From an uncultured Mycoplasmatota bacterium (GTDB lineage: Bacteria; Bacillota_I; Bacilli_A; RF39; UBA660), in NCBI GenBank assembly GCA_947365915.1, contig CANAXT010000001.1, positions 7,347-71,346 on the forward strand: 64,000 bases of DNA, read 5' to 3'. Within the stretch, counting starts at the first letter, position 1. Each line of letters starts with the position of its first letter. A program made the translations under genes and the position numbers. Shown here in pieces: positions 56,568 through 64,000 of the stretch. The notes under the pieces were generated by a model. That model was not told the origin of the DNA. It did no database searches and saw only the letters and a list, made by a program, of their open reading frames with translations.

Positions 56568-58550
56568 CTATTTCGTTTCTTTTATCATTTGTTCAATCAA
56601 TTCTGATGTTTTTTCGGCACCAAACAAGTCTACGTTTAAACATAGGTCATAATGGCTGGCATCTTTCCATTTCATGTTGGTATAGTGTTCGTAATGACGT
56701 TCTCTTGCTTTGTCGATTTTTTGTATTTCTTTGTTTGCTTTTGTTTTTGAAATTCCATAATATTTGGTTGCTCTTTCTATTTTATGTTTGGAATCACTAT
56801 ATAGAAATATTTTAAAGACATTTTTGTGTTCTTTTAGTACATAGTCTGCACATCTTCCGATAATGATACAAGATCCTTTTTTGGCAATGTTTTGTATGGC
56901 TTTCGTTTCTGCTAGAAAAAGGGTGTCATCATTGCTTAAGTTTTGAAAGTAATTTAGGTTTAGATCTGATAATAGATTTAAGTTTCTATTTTGTTCTTTT
57001 TCTTCAATATAAGAAGCGGATAAGCCACTTTCATCTGAGACAATTCCAATTAGGTTTTTATCATATAAGGGAATTCCCAATTTTTCTGAAAGAAGTTTTC
57101 CAACATATCGTCCACCAGATCCATATTCACGGTTGATGGTGATAATTGGGCCTTTTTTTGTTTTTTCTACTTTTTCTGGTTGTTGTAATTCGATTTGCGG
57201 TTCTGCTTTTAGTTGTTTTGCTTCTAAATATAATAAAACTGCGGAAATGATGAATGCTAAAAGGTCTGCGACTGGTCCTGCATAAAGAAGTCCCATAACT
57301 CCAAATAGGTATGAAAGTAAGAAGGCTGCTGGAATAAAGATCAAGATTTGTCTAGAAAGACTTAACAAAGCTGATTTTCCTGATTTTCCAATTGCTTGAA
57401 AGAAAATTCCTGAAGCAATTTGTATTCCATTTAATATGGTCAACAATAAAAATATCCGGAATGTAAGGCAGGCAAATTCGTTATACAATTGATCTCCTGA
57501 TCCAAATAGTCCAATCAGTCTTTCTGGTATGGTTTGGAATAAAATAAAGGCGATTGTGGAAATACAAATACTTAATGATAATACTATTTTTAATGTTTTT
57601 CCTACTCTATCATATTTTTTGGCTCCATAATTGAATCCTACAATGGGAGAACTTCCTGCTGCGATTCCGATGATGATGCTTGTTAAAATTTGGTTAATTT
57701 TCATAACAATTCCAAGTACTGTAATTGGAATTTCACTTCCATATTTGCTCATTGCTCCATATTTGCTTAATAGATTGTTTTGAACTGCAATGATTACTAC
57801 AATTGACATTTGTGTGATAAACGAAGAGATTCCTAGTAATGATACTTTTTTGGCGCTTTCTATTGAGAATGTCATTGTTTGTTTGTTCATTTCAATTGAT
57901 TTGAATTTTCGGATATATAAAATATTCATAAGAAAGGTTACAAATTGACTGATAATGGTGGCAAGGGCTGCTCCTTTGACTCCAAGATTCAATACGAAAA
58001 TGGCGATTGGATCTAGTATAACATTTAATAGGGCGCCAACTACCATAGAAGCCATAGCGTATTTTGGGGAACCGTCGGCCCGAATAATTGAGTTAAAGGT
58101 TGTTCCAATCATCATAAATGGAATTCCCATAGCGATAATGTATCCATAGTCTTGGGCGAATGTTTGAAGTGTTTTTGTACAACCAAATAAGTTTAATAGA
58201 TTGGGCAAAAAAAGAAGGGCGAAGATGCAAAATAAAATGGAAATAACAATGGATGAAAAGATTCCACTCCATACTCCTTTTTCTGCTTCTCGGTGTTTTT
58301 TTTCACCTAGTTTTAAACTTAGATAGGCTGCTGTTCCGTCTCCAAACATAAGGGCAAATGCGAGACAGATTACTGTAATTGGAAAGACAACGTTTGTTGC
58401 TCCGTTTCCTAAATATCCTACTCCCCATCCGATAAAGATTTGGTCTACAATGTTATATAGGGCATTTACGACTAATGATATGATACATGGGATTGAAAAT
58501 GCTTTTAGTAGTTTACTAATGTTTTCTGTTCCTAAGTCCAGTTTTTTCAT
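56568..58550 (-). CDS. MATE efflux transporter fused to a C-terminal cytidylate-kinase-like domain
   Basis: The first ~450 aa form 12 TM helices (MATE: ...VNALYNIVDQIFIG...). The last ~200 aa are ITINREYGSGGRYVGKLLSEKLGIPLYDKNLI, a Cytidylate_kin2-like P-loop. RBS AAGGAGG is before MKKLDLG. Confidence 0.65.
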   Translation of the reverse strand: MKKLDLGTENISKLLKAFSIPCIISLVVNALYNIVDQIFIGWGVGYLGNGATNVVFPITVICLAFALMFGDGTAAYLSLKLGEKKHREAEKGVWSGIFSSIVISILFCIFALLFLPNLLNLFGCTKTLQTFAQDYGYIIAMGIPFMMIGTTFNSIIRADGSPKYAMASMVVGALLNVILDPIAIFVLNLGVKGAALATIISQFVTFLMNILYIRKFKSIEMNKQTMTFSIESAKKVSLLGISSFITQMSIVVIIAVQNNLLSKYGAMSKYGSEIPITVLGIVMKINQILTSIIIGIAAGSSPIVGFNYGAKKYDRVGKTLKIVLSLSICISTIAFILFQTIPERLIGLFGSGDQLYNEFACLTFRIFLLLTILNGIQIASGIFFQAIGKSGKSALLSLSRQILIFIPAAFLLSYLFGVMGLLYAGPVADLLAFIISAVLLYLEAKQLKAEPQIELQQPEKVEKTKKGPIITINREYGSGGRYVGKLLSEKLGIPLYDKNLIGIVSDESGLSASYIEEKEQNRNLNLLSDLNLNYFQNLSNDDTLFLAETKAIQNIAKKGSCIIIGRCADYVLKEHKNVFKIFLYSDSKHKIERATKYYGISKTKANKEIQKIDKARERHYEHYTNMKWKDASHYDLCLNVDLFGAEKTSELIEQMIKETK

Positions 58551-58604
58551 AATATACCTCCTTTTCCAAAGAAAAAACACAGTTTTTGCATGTGTTGTTC
58601 GTTA

Positions 58605-58640
58605 GTCATTATCTATTGATAATGTACGTTTCCAATATTT
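58605..58640 (-). terminator. terminator downstream of the DUF362 gene
   Basis: Stem AACACA/TGTGTT with a U-run on the minus strand. Confidence 0.4.
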
Positions 58641-58691
58641 TACCAATGCTTTTTCATTTTAGCACATAATATTTTTAATTTCAATGTTTTT

Positions 58692-59564
58692 TTAATCGAT
58701 TGTGATTCGTTCATATTGTCTGCTGCCTACTTGTTGTTTTTCGGCGCTTTCTATGGTTAATAATCCGTTACGAGATTCAATTCTTTCGATCAGTTTGTCT
58801 TTTCCTGGATCGTTTGATTGATATACTAAGTCAATGCAAGCTTGGTCTAAAGCCACTGGGTCTTTTGAAGCTAATATGCCAATGTCTTTCATGCAAGGGT
58901 CTTCTGCTACTTTACAGCAGTCACAGTCTACTGACATGTCACACATAACATTGATATAAGCAATGTTATTTTGATAGTAGTCTGTAATGGTTTTGGCTGC
59001 ATCTGCCATGGATTTTAGGAAAATGTCTTGGTCTGTTTTAAACATATCTTCGTAAGTTGCGTTTTCTCTGCCTCCAGTATGGATGTATCTTTTTCCTTTG
59101 CTTGATGCAAGTCCAATTGATATGTTTTTGATGGCTCCTCCAAATCCTCCCATTGGATGTCCTTTGAAGTGAGATAATACTAGCATGAAATCATATTGTT
59201 CTAGATTTTTTCCTACTATGTTTTTTTTGATCATTTCTCCGTTTTTATTTTCTAAGGTCATTTCTTCGGTTGCATCTAAAATGTCTACTTTGAAGTATTT
59301 ACTCCAACCATGTTTGTTCATTAGTTCTATGTGTTTTTCTGTGGTATCTCTTGCACCATCATATGCTGTATTGCATTCAACAACGGTTCCTTTTACATGT
59401 TCAATCAATGGTTTTACGAAGTCTGGTTTCAAGTAGTTTTGGTTTCCTTCTTCTCCGGAGTGTAGTTTGACTGCTATGTTTCTTTTTTGTGGGATTTCTA
59501 GTTGGTCATATATTTTTATTAAGTTTTCTGGGGTAATATTTTTTATAAACCATACTTTTTCCAT
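58692..59564 (-). CDS. DUF362-like protein with a C-terminal Cys cluster
   Basis: MEKVWFIKNI... It contains CDMSVDCDCCKVAEDPC. Confidence 0.45.
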   Translation of the reverse strand: MEKVWFIKNITPENLIKIYDQLEIPQKRNIAVKLHSGEEGNQNYLKPDFVKPLIEHVKGTVVECNTAYDGARDTTEKHIELMNKHGWSKYFKVDILDATEEMTLENKNGEMIKKNIVGKNLEQYDFMLVLSHFKGHPMGGFGGAIKNISIGLASSKGKRYIHTGGRENATYEDMFKTDQDIFLKSMADAAKTITDYYQNNIAYINVMCDMSVDCDCCKVAEDPCMKDIGILASKDPVALDQACIDLVYQSNDPGKDKLIERIESRNGLLTIESAEKQQVGSRQYERITID

Positions 59565-59578
59565 TCGATTCCTCTTTT

Positions 59579-60112
59579 CTATTCATTCGCTTCATACAAG
59601 TTATAGCTTCCGTGATAAATTTCATGAAAGTCTTGTTGGTCAAAGTCTTTTGGCACTACCATGCAAACGTTTTTATTAAATTCGCATATGTTTGCTTGTT
59701 CTAATACTGAAGCAACAAAATAGCTACATACGTATTTATTTTTGATTTGAATTGGTATTCCAAAATATCTCAGTATGACTCCTACAAAGTCATATTTGTA
59801 TTGTTGTTTATAATCATGCATATGTTGGAGTATTTTTGTTACGGTTTGATATTGTTCTTCTGTAATTTCTAGTTCATATATTTTACATTTTGTTTTGTTG
59901 AAGTTATTGAAAAATTCTCCATTTTTTGATTCAATTGTAAATCCACAATTAATTACTGAGTGAAGTGTTTTTCTGCCAAAGCTATAAATTTTATCACAGT
60001 TTTTTTCGAGAGATATCCCTACATGACTAAATTCATAACGTGTGAAAAAACGAATTAGTTTTGATGGAACGGTATTGGTATGCATTAACAGTATATATAT
60101 TTTTTTAGTCAT
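59579..60112 (-). CDS. hypothetical protein (possibly a permuted papain-like YiiX-type)
   Basis: 177 aa with an EFSHVGI motif. Weak support only. Confidence 0.35.
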   Translation of the reverse strand: MTKKIYILLMHTNTVPSKLIRFFTRYEFSHVGISLEKNCDKIYSFGRKTLHSVINCGFTIESKNGEFFNNFNKTKCKIYELEITEEQYQTVTKILQHMHDYKQQYKYDFVGVILRYFGIPIQIKNKYVCSYFVASVLEQANICEFNKNVCMVVPKDFDQQDFHEIYHGSYNLYEANE

Positions 60113-60228
60113 TTATCGTCTTTTTATTATTCTGTTTTCGTTTTGCTATTATTTTCATACCTCTACCTCAATCTCCATCATTATATTTCTATTATAACAA
60201 AATTGTAATATTTTTGAAATATAGTTTT

Positions 60229-60657
60229 TCATTTTTTTAATATTTTTTCTAATTTTTGAATTGTGTTTTTATCAGAAATTTTGATTTCTTTATGGTTATA
60301 ATAAAGGGAATAGTAGATTTCACGATTCGTATTATATTGTTGTTGATTGTTTATTATGTTTTTTATTATATTCTTTAGTTGTTTTATTTCTCGATGGCTC
60401 AGCTTTTTTTGATACAGTATTTTATCTTTATATTGTATTCCTTCAAAACCTTTATAGTAGTCTTCTTTTTTGGTGATTGTTTTTTTGGAAAAGTCTATGG
60501 TGTATTTTCGGTCATAGTGTGTTCCTCCATCATCCTGTAATGTCAGAAATCGATCATATGTAATTAGGTCATATTTCTGTGTTGTTTGGCTATAATATAG
60601 TGGGATTATACAAAGTATAGTCATCAATATGATTGGGATAGTGTATCTTATTTTCAT
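60229..60657 (-). CDS. hypothetical secreted protein
   Basis: N-terminal signal/TM MKIRYTIPIILMTILCIIPLYYS. Confidence 0.4.
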   Translation of the reverse strand: MKIRYTIPIILMTILCIIPLYYSQTTQKYDLITYDRFLTLQDDGGTHYDRKYTIDFSKKTITKKEDYYKGFEGIQYKDKILYQKKLSHREIKQLKNIIKNIINNQQQYNTNREIYYSLYYNHKEIKISDKNTIQKLEKILKK

Positions 60658-60705
60658 GATTTTCTCCTTTCAAACACAAAAAAAGCAATTTTTGTGTTTG
60701 CTTCG

Positions 60706-61206
60706 TTATTTTTGTAGCATATTTAATAAGTTAATTTTGAACATGTCTTTTTCTGAATGTTTTTTAGAGACCATAACGCCTTTGAAGGTTTCTAATTCAG
60801 ATTGATGCCCTTCTGATAATATATCTTCTGGAGTTATTGTATTTAACATTATAATTGATTCTTTTTCATAAACGATGTAGTGCAGTTTGATATCGCCATG
60901 AACTTTTGAAAACATTGCATCTGTTGGTAGTTTTAATTCATATGATTTGGTTCCTTTTGTTTTATTCGTAGATACGATTTCACCTAGAAAGTTTCCTTCT
61001 TTTAATGCTGGATAGTATTCAAAGTATAGTTTTTTGTAAGCTAACATATTGTATTTTTTTAAAGAACGTTCTAGTTTTTTAAATTCATTTTCATTCACAT
61101 ATTCAAAAATCCAAGATTCTTTCATACAACTAACTCCTCCTCTCTTAATTATAATATGGTCACTATTAGCTTCTATTATTGTACCAAAAATTAGAAATGA
61201 AGTCAA
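60706..61206 (-). CDS. hypothetical protein
   Basis: 166-aa ORF. Weak RelE/ParE-like motif (HYIVYEKESIIMLNT). Confidence 0.35.
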   Translation of the reverse strand: MTSFLIFGTIIEANSDHIIIKRGGVSCMKESWIFEYVNENEFKKLERSLKKYNMLAYKKLYFEYYPALKEGNFLGEIVSTNKTKGTKSYELKLPTDAMFSKVHGDIKLHYIVYEKESIIMLNTITPEDILSEGHQSELETFKGVMVSKKHSEKDMFKINLLNMLQK

Positions 61207-61297
61207 TCGTAGCTCAAGATACTATGTCAAAAGTAGTAAACAAATGACAAGTGGATTTTCTAAGTTCACAAATTTTGTAAAAATTTCAAAAAAGTAT

Positions 61298-61327
61298 TGA
61301 CTTCTATTTTGAAACGAGTATAATTAA
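61298..61327 (+). promoter_or_regulatory. consensus promoter for tRNA-Gly (TTGACT-16-TATAAT)
   Basis: TTGACTtctattttgaaacgagTATAAT lies about 15 nt upstream of the tRNA 5' end. Confidence 0.65.
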
Positions 61328-61344
61328 AAGTGCCTACTTGATTT

Positions 61345-61418
61345 GCAGGTGTAGTTCAATGGTAGAACCCCAGCCTTCCAAGCTGGCTACGTGGGTCCGA
61401 TTCCCATCACCTGCTCCA
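61345..61418 (+). tRNA. tRNA-Gly (anticodon TCC), CCA encoded
   Basis: Acceptor GCAGGTG/CACCTGC, D-arm GTTC-AATGGTA-GAAC, anticodon stem CCAGC/GCTGG with loop CTTCCAA, and T-arm GTGGG-TCCGATT-CCCAT. Confidence 0.9.
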
Positions 61419-61427
61419 TATTGAATT

Positions 61428-61457
61428 TTAAAGAACCATAATAAGTTCTTTTTTTAT
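61428..61457 (+). terminator. rho-independent terminator after tRNA-Gly
   Basis: AAAGAAC-CATAATAA-GTTCTTT followed by TTTTT. Confidence 0.75.
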
Positions 61458-61507
61458 ATTTTGTTCCACGTAGCCTGCTTGGAAACAAAATGTTTCTATA
61501 CAGCTAT

Positions 61508-62275
61508 TCACGATCTATTATTCATCACTTCTATAATATCATCTGAAATATTATACCATTTGGCTTGTATGTAATGTCTATCTTTTTCATATCGAGGATT
61601 TTTATTTAGGCATCTTGCCATTGGTTGTAATGATAAATGACTAATATGTAATCCTGATGAATATTCATCTTTTTTATTCAAAAGAATTTGTATAACTTCT
61701 TCTTTTGTAATCCATATAAAGTCCTCCATAATTCCATAGATAATACAATCTATTGATTTATCGCCTTGATTTCCTTTTAAAACTAACTTATCGATTGCCT
61801 TTCTAATAAAGTCCGCTTGATTCATAACTTTGTTTATTTGATTTATTTCATCTTGATACTTTTCTTTATATTGTGCTACTGAAAATCTTTCCGCTCCTGT
61901 TCCATCTGTCGTTCCATCAGCATAATGATATTTCAAAATATTTACAATAGTCTTTTGATCAAATCCATTGTTAGTTAAAAACTTCAAAAACATTGAAATT
62001 GGTTCTGCATGTACAGAGTTCTTTACTCCTTTTTTTATACTAATTCTTTTTATAATATTGTTAATTTTAATGAAAATATCTGCTTTTTCTAGTTGATCAT
62101 TTTTCCACGCCCATATTATATCATCATCATGGATCTTTCCAAAAATAGATTCTAAGAAATCATAAAACATTGGATTTACTTGACATACTTTCTTTTTATT
62201 TAAATACTGTACAAATTCGTCTTCATTCTTATAACCACTAATGTTTTTATTAAATGGTTTTACTTCTTGCTCCAT
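61508..62275 (-). CDS. hypothetical protein (possibly a PD-(D/E)XK-type nuclease)
   Basis: 255 aa, adjacent to tRNA-Gly. It contains an EKADIFIKINN...RISIKKG pattern but has no confident family. Confidence 0.35.
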   Translation of the reverse strand: MEQEVKPFNKNISGYKNEDEFVQYLNKKKVCQVNPMFYDFLESIFGKIHDDDIIWAWKNDQLEKADIFIKINNIIKRISIKKGVKNSVHAEPISMFLKFLTNNGFDQKTIVNILKYHYADGTTDGTGAERFSVAQYKEKYQDEINQINKVMNQADFIRKAIDKLVLKGNQGDKSIDCIIYGIMEDFIWITKEEVIQILLNKKDEYSSGLHISHLSLQPMARCLNKNPRYEKDRHYIQAKWYNISDDIIEVMNNRS

Positions 62276-62392
62276 TTAATACTCCTCCCTTCTCTTTTTT
62301 CCCCTCATATATATTATTCCACGTTTATATGTCAAAATCCTCATCATTACGATATATTTTTTTATTATATTTCAAATATAATAACTATATCA

Positions 62393-62432
62393 AAAAAACA
62401 ATTCAAGACTACAAGCTGAATTGTTTTTTCTT
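62393..62432 (-). terminator. bidirectional terminator downstream of tyrS
   Basis: ACAATTCA-N11-TGAATTGT stem flanked by A7 and T7 runs. Confidence 0.65.
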
Positions 62433-63669
62433 ATTCAAAATCTACTTTTAAAAATACTTTTTTTCCTTTTTTTAAAATTAATGAATTTTCGTTTAAATCT
62501 TTAGTTGTAACTAATTGTTCAGTAGATTTTACCTTTTCTTGATTTAAAGAAAGACCATTTTGTTCAATCAATCTTCTTGCTTCTGATTTAGAAGATACTA
62601 GATTTGTTTCAATAAGTAAATCAACAATATTGATATCTAATAAATCTTTTGAAATTGTAATTGATGGCATATTTTCTGAAATGCTTTTATTACTAAATAA
62701 TTCTTGTGCTGTTTGTTTCGCTTTCATCGCTTCATCTTCACCATGAACTAATTTAGTAACTTCAAATGCAAGTAATTTTTTTGCTTCTCTAATATCTTTT
62801 TGACATAGCTTTTTAATGTCAGACACTTCCATTCTAGTAAAGAAAGATAAACTTCTTTCAACATCTTCATCAAACGAATTTATCCATGCTTGGAAAAAAT
62901 CAAAAGGAGTAGTTTTATCCCTCGATACCCATAATGTACCTGAAGCAGTTTTTCCCATCTTTTCTCCATCTGCTTTTATAAGTAATGGACAAGTAAATCC
63001 AAATAATGGATCAATTTTCTTTCCTTCACTAAAGCCAATTTTACGAGAAAGGTCTGCTCCCGCTAAAATGTTTCCCCATTGATCTGAGCCACCAATTTGC
63101 AACCTACAGCCAAATTCTTTATTTAAGTAAACAAAGTCAAATGCTTGCATTAACATGTATCCCATTTCAAGAAATGTTAATCCACCATTTTCTAATCTTT
63201 TCTTATAACAATCAGCAGATAACATATTATTAACATTAAAATGGACTCCAATGTCTCTCATAAAATTTACATAAGTCTTATCACAAATCCAATCTGCATT
63301 ATCAACAATAATAGCCGGGTTTTCTCCATCAACTTTTACAAATCTTTTAACTAGCTCTTTTACCTCTGCCTTATTATGAGCAACTTCTTCCTTAGATAAC
63401 ATTTTTCTCATATCACTTTTACCCGTTGGGTCACCAATCAAAGCAGTAGCTCCACCAATTAATATAATTCCATGATGTCCGAAATCTTGTAACCATCTAA
63501 ACATAGTAAGTGCGAAAAAATGTCCTATATGAAGACTATCAGCAGTAGGATCAATTCCTAAGTAGAAAGTCATAGGCTTTCCATTGACTAAATCAATGAT
63601 TTCACTTTCGTGTGTTAAATCTTTTACATATCCTCTTTCTTTGAGAATATCAAATAATTTCTTTTCCAT
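62431..63669 (-). CDS. tyrS: tyrosine--tRNA ligase
   Basis: HIGH motif in DPTADSLHIGHF, KMGKT (KMSKS-like), and a C-terminal S4 domain. Confidence 0.9.
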   Translation of the reverse strand: MEKKLFDILKERGYVKDLTHESEIIDLVNGKPMTFYLGIDPTADSLHIGHFFALTMFRWLQDFGHHGIILIGGATALIGDPTGKSDMRKMLSKEEVAHNKAEVKELVKRFVKVDGENPAIIVDNADWICDKTYVNFMRDIGVHFNVNNMLSADCYKKRLENGGLTFLEMGYMLMQAFDFVYLNKEFGCRLQIGGSDQWGNILAGADLSRKIGFSEGKKIDPLFGFTCPLLIKADGEKMGKTASGTLWVSRDKTTPFDFFQAWINSFDEDVERSLSFFTRMEVSDIKKLCQKDIREAKKLLAFEVTKLVHGEDEAMKAKQTAQELFSNKSISENMPSITISKDLLDINIVDLLIETNLVSSKSEARRLIEQNGLSLNQEKVKSTEQLVTTKDLNENSLILKKGKKVFLKVDFE

Positions 63670-63751
63670 ATTTTTTTATTCCTCCTTGGTATTTTGTATA
63701 GTTAATTAAATTACAATCATCAAAGTAATAATAGTAATAGTCACTATCCAT
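63650..63751 (-). CDS. tyrosine-codon-rich upstream ORF (33 aa) overlapping the tyrS start
   Basis: MDSDYYYYYFDDCNLINYTKYQGGIKKYGKEII, with 8 Tyr including five consecutive. RBS AAGGAGG is 8 nt upstream. The ORF runs through the tyrS SD and ATG in the +2 frame. It stops at UGA 17 nt inside tyrS. It is not in the ORF track. Confidence 0.5.
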   Translation of the reverse strand: MDSDYYYYYFDDCNLINYTKYQGGIKKYGKEII

Positions 63752-63754
63752 ACA

Positions 63755-64000
63755 AACCACCTCCTTGAAATAAAAAAAGAGCAAAACATCCAAAAAGGAC
63801 GAATTGCTCGTGGTACCACCTTTATTTGTAATAATAGTTTATTACCTCTTATTGATAACGGATACTATCCGATTTAAAATCATCATTTGTAATTCATTAT
63901 TTTAATTTTGCTTATTTTCACCAGCCATAAGCTCTCTACAAATTATTTTAAAATAATTACTTTGAATGAATCACTTTTTAATTAACTGACTAGATTATAC
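63755..64000 (-). promoter_or_regulatory. T-box riboswitch leader (Tyr); the promoter -10 sits at the window edge
   Basis: Stem I AGAGAG. Specifier UAC-A in AAUUACAAAUG. T-box AAAGGUGGUACCACG. Terminator GAGCAA...UUGCUC followed by U7. A TATAAT lies at 63994-63999. Confidence 0.8.

Overview
A 64-kb chromosomal window from a very AT-rich, Bacilli-like spore-forming Firmicute. By eye the GC content is about 28-32%; I did not compute it. Conserved gene order supports this placement: tdk...rpsU, ylbE-ylbD-rsmD, yqfC-yqfD-vanZ-ybeY-dgkA-cdd-era-recO...glyQS, dnaB-dnaI...thrS, pheST, tyrS, and murT-gatD. Almost every gene lies on the minus strand. The backbone carries four T-box leaders (thrS, glyQS, pheST, tyrS) and two tRNAs, tRNA-Arg(UCU) and tRNA-Gly(UCC). 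It is interrupted by several accessory insertions. (1) A two-peptide double-glycine-leader bacteriocin locus with a C39-peptidase ABC exporter sits between rpsU and rsmD. Both structural peptides are absent from the ORF track. (2) Two integrase-less islets are stacked in tandem at the 3' end of tRNA-Arg, bounded by three direct repeats that share a conserved palindrome. (3) A divergent sortase B gene and a cognate surface protein with an NPNTY-type sorting signal. (4) A GC-shifted module encoding a 947-aa prepilin-leader protein with Ig-like domains and a C-terminal FGE-sulfatase-like domain, next to an Rpn/YhgA-family nuclease. A second, truncated Rpn copy lies elsewhere. (5) An ATP-grasp and aminotransferase pair fused into the dnaB-dnaI operon. 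(6) A 33-codon uORF with eight Tyr codons (MDSDYYYYYF...) lies between the tyrS T-box terminator and tyrS and overlaps the tyrS start. (7) A T-box controls a small unknown ORF that is translationally coupled to a TGS-less thrS. Sporulation genes in the window (gerM, gerE-like, spoIIIAH-like, yqfC/yqfD) indicate an endospore former. No CRISPR array, rRNA or integrase was found.
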